Below are positions 46,954 to 54,888 of a stretch of DNA of 64,000 nucleotides, in pieces. The stretch is from Oscillospiraceae bacterium (GTDB lineage: Bacteria > Bacillota > Clostridia > Oscillospirales > Ruminococcaceae), in assembly GCA_031284525.1 (NCBI GenBank), contig JAISZR010000001.1, positions 51,623 to 115,622 on the forward strand, in the 5' to 3' direction. Position 1 is the stretch's first letter. Every line of letters starts with the position of its first letter. Below the pieces are notes generated by a model. That model was not told where the DNA came from. It saw only the letters and a list, made by a program, of their open reading frames with translations, and ran no database searches. Made by a program: the position numbers and the translations under genes.

Positions 46954-47433
46954 AAGTAACCCCTCCTTTAAGGCAAACTAACTACTGGCTAAATCCCTGT
47001 GCAAACACATCTAAAACAAATTTAGATTGTGTCAGTAAAATTATATCAAATACGCTTTCTTGTGTCTATGGAATTATTAGACAATTTTTTTAAATTATGG
47101 GAACTGTTAAGCGCTATTCAAACAAAAAATATCGTCTTGTTTCTTGTTGCAGGTATTTCCCCGTTGGATCACCTTGCTTGCTCCCCAATGCTTTTTAATA
47201 TTTCGTGCATATAAAACAAAAAATATCATAAAATAGCAATATAAATATAGGAAAACTTTATTATTTTGCCGCTTTTTATTTTTCAAGTACCTGTTCGTTC
47301 CTTTCACTCTCCGCGTATCCTTAGGACCCTTCAATTGCTTTCCTGCCGCATCTCGTAGTGCCTCATTAATCCCTTTATGTCGGGAATGCCGTTCCTTCCC
47401 AGCGACTCAAAAGCCGGCAAGAACAACGGCTGC

Positions 47434-47466
47434 AAAAAAAATAGGCCGCAGCTGCATAGCTACGGC
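47434..47466 (-). terminator. Rho-independent terminator closing the AAA+/small/Gly-rich operon
   Basis: Minus strand: gccgtagc-tatgca-gctgcggc (8 bp, one G-U), followed by ctaTTTTTTTT. Confidence 0.6.
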
Positions 47467-47571
47467 TCATCAGAATTTTGTAATGCGCCTACATAGGCGA
47501 ACATCCCCAACGACACGGTTAGTGTGATTGCATGGCATTCACAGTCAGTTGGCCCGTTTGGTTGCGCCTTT

Positions 47572-47946
47572 TTAGTTGCCCGTCAATCCTCCCACTATTT
47601 GCATGATACTATCTACCAAGCCGCCGTTTTTGCTGTTGCTAAAATCTCCGATCTTTCCTTGTATTTTATCTAGGAAGCCTGTTCCTACACTTTCTAGGCC
47701 ACCGAGTTCCTTATCAAAAGCGCCGCCGGTCGCTTCGTTAATTCCTCCTCTTGCACTATCCCAGCCGGCACTCAGTGCGTTTCGTCCTTTTCCAAAAGCT
47801 CCTTTCAGACCACCACCCAATAGTTTTCCACCGCCGAATGCTTTTTTCGCTGCTCCAAAGGCGTCTCCTCCAACTTTTTTTACTGTTTTCCACGCACTAG
47901 AGGCGCCTTTCTTTACCTTTCCTACCATGTCAGAAAACCAACTCAT
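47572..47946 (-). CDS. Gly/Lys-rich 124-aa protein of unknown function (repeated xAFG/GG motifs)
   Basis: Strong SD AAAGGGGGAAGG 4 nt before the ATG. By hand count 30 of 124 residues are Gly and 15 are Lys, with no Cys, Pro, His or Tyr. No signal peptide or TM helix. Same strand and operon as the ATPase. Confidence 0.65.
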   Translation of the reverse strand: MSWFSDMVGKVKKGASSAWKTVKKVGGDAFGAAKKAFGGGKLLGGGLKGAFGKGRNALSAGWDSARGGINEATGGAFDKELGGLESVGTGFLDKIQGKIGDFSNSKNGGLVDSIMQIVGGLTGN

Positions 47947-47984
47947 AAAACCTTCCCCCTTTGAGTGATTTATTTAGTTTCCGC

Positions 47985-48173
47985 TCAACTCTCCAAAATC
48001 TTTTGCTTTTCCCGCTCGAATGCCTTTCCCAAGGAACTCAAGTAATAGACAAATTCGCTGTTTTTCCAGGATGTGCACTCTTTCATTAAAAAATGTACAT
48101 CGGCAAAAAATTCGCTATCAAAGGCTTCTAGCAGTTTACTCTGTTTTTCTGTCATCCCCCTTTGCAATCTCAA
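47985..48173 (-). CDS. Small (62-72 aa) predicted helical protein of unknown function
   Basis: Lies between the ATPase and the Gly-rich gene, in frame with the ATPase stop. The start is uncertain: TTG 48173, ATG 48155, or a rare ATT at 48203 that sits 8 nt after a GAGGAGG SD. Confidence 0.45.
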   Translation of the reverse strand: MRLQRGMTEKQSKLLEAFDSEFFADVHFLMKECTSWKNSEFVYYLSSLGKAFEREKQKILES

Positions 48174-48221
48174 AATGTTTCTGAAAAAGGCTAACGCATT
48201 AATTAATATCGCCTCCTCAAG

Positions 48222-50432
48222 TTAACCAAAGTCGAAAACCTCGGCTGGAACAATTCTCCCAAGCTTTTGACATTCATATCTTACTGCATCGAGAATAAGA
48301 TGCATTGTTATTTCTTCATTTTTGCCGGCAGCCGAATACGCCGCAAGGATCGCAATTGATTTTATACTGCTACCATTTAATTCGAACTTTTCCGCCAAAT
48401 TGGATGCATCAAAATCTGAACAAAGAGGTGCTTTTTGCGGGAAGACTCTCTCCCAAAGCAACCTTCTCATCTCAACAGAAGGTGCTGGGAAGTTAACTAC
48501 AAACTTAATCCTTCTTCTAAAAGCATCATCGAAATTATTGAATTTGTTCGTTGTTAAAATTGAAACGCCATTGTATTCTTCCATTTGTTGAAGCAAAAAT
48601 GATATCTCATTGTTTGAGAATTTGTCATTGGAACTCTTAACATCTGTCCGTTTTCCAAATAAAGAATCCGCTTCATCAAACAACAAGATCGAATTACTTG
48701 TCTTTGCCTCTGCGAAAATATCTTTGAGGTTTTTTTCGGTTTCTCCAACATATTTATTCATAATCTGCGACACATCGACCTTGTAAAGTTGCAGATCTAG
48801 TTCATTTGCAATAACCTGTGCTCCCATTGTTTTCCCAGTTCCCGGCGGACCATAAAATACCATGCTAAGTCCTCTACCATATGCCACTTTGGAACCAAAA
48901 TCCCAACTTTCATAAACAACGTCTTTGTATTTGATATAGTTACATGCGTCCATCAATACTTTTTTCTGACTTTCCTCAATAACGAGATCATCAAAAGTGT
49001 ATTTGCAATTTATCAGTACTGCTTTTCTTTCGAGGTTGTGCACAGAGAATGTTTTACACACATCTGTTAATGCATCACTCTTTATACCACTGTTTGCTTT
49101 TCCAAAAGAGAGAGCTCTCGCTTTTTGCAATATGGTTTTCATTTGTCCAGCCGTATAGTTGAATTTGTTCGCTATGTTTTTGAAGTCGACCTCATCCTGA
49201 AACGTGTGCTTTTGCGATAAGTTATTCCACATCTGCAAACGCTCAGCCAAATTCAATGGTTTAACTTCTAAGTCAACAAATGGTTTATATCTGCTATAAT
49301 TTGAGATTGGGAACTTAGGAGAGTTATTCAAAGCAAAAACTAAATTGTCAGAGCCAAACAACATGTCAAAAATGAGCCCCAGCCCAGCCATGTCGCTTTC
49401 TGCAATATTCACATTATAAAGGCATATCAATTTTTTGAAGACTGCCTCAAATGCCAAAACTCCTGACAGATAAACCGCTCTATCGAGTCCAACACTGAGC
49501 AGATACGCAAAATCGACAAAAACAACCGACATGCCCAGCTTTTTTGCAACATGCTGCACATGGAATTTTTTGCCTGCGCCCTCTTCCCCAAAAATGTGGA
49601 TTAATTTATTCGGCACCTTAGTATCCAAGATATTTTCAACCGTCTGAAGAAGGAAATTGTTAAATTCTTTCCCCACAACGAGGTCTTCTAACGCATCTGA
49701 AGGCGAACAACAATAAACAAACTTTTCGGTTGTAAGGTCTACCCCAGAATCACCTATGAATAGGCTAACAATCCGGCGTCTCAGTGATATTTCTATCATC
49801 AGTGACGATCTTGGCCTTTCTTTATCCAGATCCACTAGCATATGTGAAACCAAAGAGTTATTCAATGTTTTGTAGATATCTAAAACATCAAGTTGTTCTG
49901 TCATTAGGGATAACGCAAGTGCAAGTCCGTATGTGGGCAATTTGGCGGTATTATCATCTTGGATATATGCGAACAGTCTTTCGTACTTTCTGTCAAGCTC
50001 AATTGCCAAACCGGTCAAAATACATAATTTTTCAAGCAGCGAAAGATTATGGCAACTAAAAAATTCCGCCATTGGCAAGCGCACATTTGTGGTTTTTTGA
50101 GTTCTGTTTTCAAGATGCTCCCACGCGTGTTTTAAACTTTTCACCATGATGCTTGGAACTTTGTTTTCCCTGTTCTTGAGCTGAGATGCGAGTACAATGT
50201 TCTCCACTTCGTCGTCGGTTATAACTATCCCTCTGAAGGAAAACGACTTAATCATCTCCGCACCGCCGCTGACCTTCCTGTTTTCATTGCGCAGCTTCAG
50301 CGCGACATCAACATAAAGATCCAGTAGTGCTTTTATATCACGCAGATATTCGTCATTCGAAGAATAAGCCTTGCCAAAGTCAGCGTTATTAAAATAAAGC
50401 TCATAAAGTTCCGTGTCGCCAAGGAATCTCAC
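48222..50432 (-). CDS. Tandem AAA+ ATPase (N-terminal helical region, degenerate D1, canonical classical-clade D2)
   Basis: D2 has Walker A GPPGTGKT, Walker B ILLFDEAD, sensor-1 TTN and arginine fingers AFRRRI. D1 keeps GEEGAGKK but has no hhhhDE. GTG start follows GAGGTG. Confidence 0.85.
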   Translation of the reverse strand: MRFLGDTELYELYFNNADFGKAYSSNDEYLRDIKALLDLYVDVALKLRNENRKVSGGAEMIKSFSFRGIVITDDEVENIVLASQLKNRENKVPSIMVKSLKHAWEHLENRTQKTTNVRLPMAEFFSCHNLSLLEKLCILTGLAIELDRKYERLFAYIQDDNTAKLPTYGLALALSLMTEQLDVLDIYKTLNNSLVSHMLVDLDKERPRSSLMIEISLRRRIVSLFIGDSGVDLTTEKFVYCCSPSDALEDLVVGKEFNNFLLQTVENILDTKVPNKLIHIFGEEGAGKKFHVQHVAKKLGMSVVFVDFAYLLSVGLDRAVYLSGVLAFEAVFKKLICLYNVNIAESDMAGLGLIFDMLFGSDNLVFALNNSPKFPISNYSRYKPFVDLEVKPLNLAERLQMWNNLSQKHTFQDEVDFKNIANKFNYTAGQMKTILQKARALSFGKANSGIKSDALTDVCKTFSVHNLERKAVLINCKYTFDDLVIEESQKKVLMDACNYIKYKDVVYESWDFGSKVAYGRGLSMVFYGPPGTGKTMGAQVIANELDLQLYKVDVSQIMNKYVGETEKNLKDIFAEAKTSNSILLFDEADSLFGKRTDVKSSNDKFSNNEISFLLQQMEEYNGVSILTTNKFNNFDDAFRRRIKFVVNFPAPSVEMRRLLWERVFPQKAPLCSDFDASNLAEKFELNGSSIKSIAILAAYSAAGKNEEITMHLILDAVRYECQKLGRIVPAEVFDFG

Positions 50433-50605
50433 AGTGTCACCTCACATATGCCACAAAAAAACATCACTTTAAAAAATATCAAATGTTGTTTTCATACAAA
50501 ATACTGCTGTATATGGTAACACATGTTTAAGGATTTCGCAAGTGCAGTGGATGCTAGTATATGAACATATTATTAATTTTTATTCTGTGAAAGGCACTAA
50601 TTCAG

Positions 50606-51637
50606 TTATGTTGCAATAAGATTTAACATTTCCAATGCAATTAAGTGAGTGCCACTACCATCCGTCAATCCTCGCATTTTTTTTGAAAAATTGGCGCGCA
50701 GTGATCTATCTTGTGCCAATTGCCACAGATTTTCCGCCATATTATCTAAAGTTTCTTCTTTCAGGGTTCTCAGGTCGCCAACACTGATCATTATCTTCCT
50801 GTTATGCATAACTTTGGTGCAAGCAATTTGGTTATCTGCAAACGAAAAACAGATTGTTGGCACCCCGCACGCGCAAAGTTCATGTAAAGTTGTTCCACCT
50901 GCAGAGATCACAATATCGCCCCAGACCATCAGTTCAGAGATTTTATTTGGCGCAATCCGTAAGGTTACATTGCTTGTCGCCAAACTTTGTAATTCCGCCA
51001 AATTGGGGTTTAAGGGCCCAACAACCACAACAAAATTCAGGTCGCGAAAGCGTTCGTCATTACAAAATCTTTTTAGTATTTTTGATGAGATGTTAAGGCT
51101 ATCGGTTCCACCTGTTGTTATCAACACATTCTTTGCAACTTTTTTTATTTCTTTTGGTTTGATGCCTTTGAACTCACTGCGAAGTGGGCTGTATTCCGTT
51201 CCTAAAAGAAGCTTTGTGCGGTCTTTTTGATAAAGTTTTCGGTAACTATCTTTATCGCACTCTATCATGTAGTTTATTACCATGTCACAATTTTCTATGT
51301 GCTCTTGCAGATCGTCTATGTAAATCAATTTTGTAAAGTTATTTAACTTTTTAAAATATTCGGGTGGCGCGAAATAGCTGTCTATTAGCATTGCCCTTGG
51401 TTTGTATTTTTGCAAGAGGCCAGATACATCATCAATTTCCTTTTCTAAGTTGTTCCATGTGCTGTGCAGACAGATGGTGCCAAATCTTTTTTCTTCGAGC
51501 ATCCCTTGCGTTGTTTTATCCGCCGTAACAAAGATGCATTCTTCGCCCATTTCTCGCAGTTCAATCGCAATTGTCAAGCACCTCATAACATGCCCAGACC
51601 CAATTTCCGCATTTCCATCGACTCTGAAAAAAAGCAT
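50606..51637 (-). CDS. pseG: PseG-like UDP-sugar hydrolase (pseudaminic acid pathway) / glycosyltransferase-28-type protein
   Basis: FRVDGNAEIGSGHVMRCLTIAIEL matches the PseG N-terminal signature (RAD....IG.GHVMRCL). The ATG at 51637, 8 nt after GAGGA, is preferred over the ORF-track 51715. Confidence 0.6.
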   Translation of the reverse strand: MLFFRVDGNAEIGSGHVMRCLTIAIELREMGEECIFVTADKTTQGMLEEKRFGTICLHSTWNNLEKEIDDVSGLLQKYKPRAMLIDSYFAPPEYFKKLNNFTKLIYIDDLQEHIENCDMVINYMIECDKDSYRKLYQKDRTKLLLGTEYSPLRSEFKGIKPKEIKKVAKNVLITTGGTDSLNISSKILKRFCNDERFRDLNFVVVVGPLNPNLAELQSLATSNVTLRIAPNKISELMVWGDIVISAGGTTLHELCACGVPTICFSFADNQIACTKVMHNRKIMISVGDLRTLKEETLDNMAENLWQLAQDRSLRANFSKKMRGLTDGSGTHLIALEMLNLIAT

Positions 51638-51698
51638 TAATAGATCCTCATTTTCACCAAATTTGCCAGCATCTGTTCGCAAAAAGCTGCTATGTTTT

Positions 51699-53072
51699 TT
51701 AAAGTCGGCCATCAATGGTGATTAGCAATATTCTTTTTGTGTCCTCACCAACTGCAACTCTCGTCGCGCAACCAAACTCTTCGATCCAAACTAGTCCCTT
51801 TTCGTCCTCTAACAACTGGTATTCGTCCCTCTTGCTTTTTGGGATTTTGTGCTCTAAAAACAGATTTTTTAGGGTTTTTGTGCATCCGTAGCGGTTCAAC
51901 TTAATTTTATCGCCAGGCTGCCTGGTTCTGAGTGTAAGTTTTCCTACCAGCTCATCACAGCTCAGGACGTTTGCTCGAACATCCGTTTGTACTGCTATTT
52001 TTTCGTATTCTTGCCTATCGATGAACTTAAATTCTATCTTCTTGTTTCCGAGCAGCTCGTAACTACCCGGCAGATTTATTTCAATTTCTGCAGGCTGCCT
52101 TTTTTTATCATCGACTTTTTTGACTTTTTCAACCGTCAGGAAGCTTTCGGAAGCACGGATAAAAAGGTCCTTCCCAACTGCCAATTTTCCGTTCCCAGAT
52201 TCGATCATCTGCTCGATAAGTTTTATCTTCGCTTCGTCACAGGGAACGCCGGCATCTTCCAAGATTTTTTTCACTACTCGGAATTTTAGGCTGTTATGAA
52301 GGGATTTAATGCTGCTCAAATCATATTTTCCGGCACTCAAGGAAATATTGGCCCAGATTTTTTCTGCGTGCTCTGCGATAAACTTTTCATCCTCTTGCAA
52401 GTTTCGGCACATCCGCCTGAAAAGTGGCTCAAAGGAAGCATTCAAATCATAAAATCGGGGGACAATGCACTGCCTTATGAAATTTCGGGTGTAGCCCGTG
52501 TCGTTGTTGGAGCTATCTTCTATGTGAGATAGGGCATTTTCTTTTGCGTATCTTTCGATTTCTTTTCGCGAAACTAAAATAAACGGCCGGATAATATTGT
52601 CTCTTACTGGCGGGATCCCGCACATTCCACAAAGTCCGGTCCCTCTCCCTATGTTCAAGAAAAACGTTTCCATGCTGTCATTTAAGGTGTGGGCAGTTGC
52701 TATTTTGGCCTTTAGTTCCTTGGCTAATTCCCCCAAGATTCGATATCTTTCTTTTCTTGCGCACTCTTCAACAGAAAGCTTTTGATTTTTAGCCATCTGG
52801 GGGATGTTTGCATGCCGAACAAAAAATTCTACTCTGAGTTCCCCGCAAAATTTTGCAACAAACATTTCGTCTCTTTTTGCTTCTTCGCCCCTGATTTCAT
52901 GATTAATATGGCAAGCCAACAAGTTGAGCTTTAAATCACGTTCTAAGGTGTAATTGACCAAAAAATGCAAAAGAGAAACAGAATCTATCCCACCAGAAAC
53001 GCCAACCACAACATTCTCGCCTTCGGTTAGCATATCAAACTTCGAAATAGTTTCTGTTACCCTAAGTTTCAC
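51699..53072 (-). CDS. tilS: tRNA(Ile)-lysidine synthase TilS
   Basis: PP-loop VVVGVSGGIDSVSLL and a C-terminal TilS substrate domain (...GDKIKL...KTLKNLF...IPK..R). A GTG near 53072 is preferred; the longer ORF overlaps dnaB. Confidence 0.88.
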   Translation of the reverse strand: MKLRVTETISKFDMLTEGENVVVGVSGGIDSVSLLHFLVNYTLERDLKLNLLACHINHEIRGEEAKRDEMFVAKFCGELRVEFFVRHANIPQMAKNQKLSVEECARKERYRILGELAKELKAKIATAHTLNDSMETFFLNIGRGTGLCGMCGIPPVRDNIIRPFILVSRKEIERYAKENALSHIEDSSNNDTGYTRNFIRQCIVPRFYDLNASFEPLFRRMCRNLQEDEKFIAEHAEKIWANISLSAGKYDLSSIKSLHNSLKFRVVKKILEDAGVPCDEAKIKLIEQMIESGNGKLAVGKDLFIRASESFLTVEKVKKVDDKKRQPAEIEINLPGSYELLGNKKIEFKFIDRQEYEKIAVQTDVRANVLSCDELVGKLTLRTRQPGDKIKLNRYGCTKTLKNLFLEHKIPKSKRDEYQLLEDEKGLVWIEEFGCATRVAVGEDTKRILLITIDGRL

Positions 53073-54405
53073 GCTTGTTCCACTCCACGTTCTCGAACTT
53101 CGTATATTGACCATCCCAACTGAGGGCCACCTTGTTTGTTTCTCCGTGCCTATTTTTTGCAATAATGCATTCGGCTATATTTGGGTGTTCACAGGCCTTG
53201 TTGTAATATGATTCGCGGTAGAGGAACATCACGACATCTGCATCTTGCTCGATTGATCCGGATTCGCGGAGATCAGAGAGTCTTGGTTCGTGTTCGTTTC
53301 GGATATCGGGGCTGCGTGAGAGTTGAGAAAGAGTTAGCACCGGCAAGTTTAGCTCCTTCGCCATAATTTTTAGGCTTCTCGTTAACTCCGACATCTCTTG
53401 CACGCGGTTATCGTTCCTTCGTCCACTGGAAGCCATAAGTTGTAGGTAATCAATAATTACCAAATCTACCCCGCCAAGCCGTCGAACCTTTGCCTTTATC
53501 TCTGGAACGGTGATGTTAGCGGTGTCATCTATATAGATCATTGCGCTAGAAAGTTCATGAGCTGCCGCCGCAAGACTATTCCAATCTTCAACCTCAAGTG
53601 CTCCTGTTTTTAGTGCGCGGCTTGGAATCCTGGCGGTGTAAGAAAGGATTCTTGTTACTAACTGTTCTTTGCTCATTTCTAGTGAGAAAATCGCGACCTT
53701 CTTTTTTTGAGAGAGTGCGATGTTTGTTGCAATGTTAAGAGCGAATGCAGTTTTTCCCATGGCAGGCCTTGCCGCGAGCAGGATTAAATCCGATTTGTTA
53801 AGCCCCATCAATATGTTATCGAGTAACTTATACTCTGTTGCGATTCCTAGGTAGTCGCCATCGCCGGCTCCCTGGACAATTTTTTGTAGTCTGTCATACG
53901 TGCCTACAATTATCTCACCGATTACCTGCAAGCCCTTGCCGCTGTTATTGCGTCTAATTCCATAAATCAACTGCTCTGCCCAATCAAGCAGCGCTCTGGC
54001 GTCATTGCCTGCAGTACTTGAGCGATCTATAATTTCCCGCGCCGCATCGGTCAAACTTCTGATATAATATTTTTCTTGGAGTATATTGGCGTAATTTTCG
54101 ATGTTTGTTGTTGTTGGCACAAAATTGGCAAGGTCTGTCAAATAGATTTTTGCCTCTGCATCACTTTCAAAGATCTTTGCAGCACTCACGCCGTCTAAAA
54201 CAGTGACAATATCTATGGGGGTGCCCATAGTAAACATGTTAACAAAAATTGAATAAATTTCTCTGTTTACGTGCACATAAAAATAATCAGGCCTTAAGAT
54301 TTCCATAACGTTTAGAAGTGATTGGTTATTTAATAAAATTGCGCCTAAAACCGACTGCTCGGCTTCCACGCTAAATGACTGCAGACCTAGATTGTCGTCA
54401 TACAT
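53062..54405 (-). CDS. dnaB: Replicative DNA helicase DnaB
   Basis: EAEQSVLGAILL N-terminus, Walker A ARPAMGKTAFALN, IIDYLQLM. 447 aa, no intein. Confidence 0.97.
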   Translation of the reverse strand: MYDDNLGLQSFSVEAEQSVLGAILLNNQSLLNVMEILRPDYFYVHVNREIYSIFVNMFTMGTPIDIVTVLDGVSAAKIFESDAEAKIYLTDLANFVPTTTNIENYANILQEKYYIRSLTDAAREIIDRSSTAGNDARALLDWAEQLIYGIRRNNSGKGLQVIGEIIVGTYDRLQKIVQGAGDGDYLGIATEYKLLDNILMGLNKSDLILLAARPAMGKTAFALNIATNIALSQKKKVAIFSLEMSKEQLVTRILSYTARIPSRALKTGALEVEDWNSLAAAAHELSSAMIYIDDTANITVPEIKAKVRRLGGVDLVIIDYLQLMASSGRRNDNRVQEMSELTRSLKIMAKELNLPVLTLSQLSRSPDIRNEHEPRLSDLRESGSIEQDADVVMFLYRESYYNKACEHPNIAECIIAKNRHGETNKVALSWDGQYTKFENVEWNKRET

Positions 54406-54447
54406 CTTAGAACCTCATTTTTTCGAATGTTTCTTTCCGTGCCTTTG

Positions 54448-54888
54448 TTATTCGGTAACAAAAACAAAAAACTTTGCTTCCACCCCTGGCATAAACTTGG
54501 CAGTTGTCTCAAAGCTGCCATAACTCTTGATTTCGAGGCTGAGTGATAACTTTTTCTTATCTACATCGATTCCCAATGTCTCTTTGATTTTCACGGCGAT
54601 ATCTTTGGTGGTCACGGAACCGAATAACTTTCCGTTTGCTCCCGCTTTCATTGCGATTTTGACGGTCTGCCCATTTAATATTTCAGCCACCCTTTGGGCT
54701 TCTTTTCGGATTTCTTCTTTTTTGAAGGTTTCTGCTTCCTTCCAGCCCTTTAGATCGTTAATATTTTTTGCTACTGCCGGTACCGCAATCCCCTTGGGGA
54801 ACAAGAAGTTTCTGGCGTATCCATCAGAAACTTCAATCATATCTCCCACTTTTTTCCCGCCAATAGCTTCTTTTAAAATCACTTTCAT
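54448..54888 (-). CDS. rplI: 50S ribosomal protein L9
   Basis: MKVILKEAIGGKKVGDMIEVSDGYARNFLFPKGIA. Precedes dnaB, as usual. Confidence 0.97.
   Translation of the reverse strand: MKVILKEAIGGKKVGDMIEVSDGYARNFLFPKGIAVPAVAKNINDLKGWKEAETFKKEEIRKEAQRVAEILNGQTVKIAMKAGANGKLFGSVTTKDIAVKIKETLGIDVDKKKLSLSLEIKSYGSFETTAKFMPGVEAKFFVFVTE

Noticed and set aside
47107-47334. 75-aa minus-strand ORF in the AT-rich spacer upstream of the secreted-protein gene
   Set aside because: Lys/Asn/Tyr-rich translation typical of AT-rich non-coding DNA; no SD.
47576-47968. 130-aa Pro-rich ORF on the plus strand, mirror image of the Gly-rich gene
   Set aside because: It is the antisense shadow of GGN codons (NCC read as Pro). 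It has a TTG start with no SD and runs against the operon and its terminator. The minus-strand ORF has a strong SD (AAAGGGGGAAGG) at ideal spacing.
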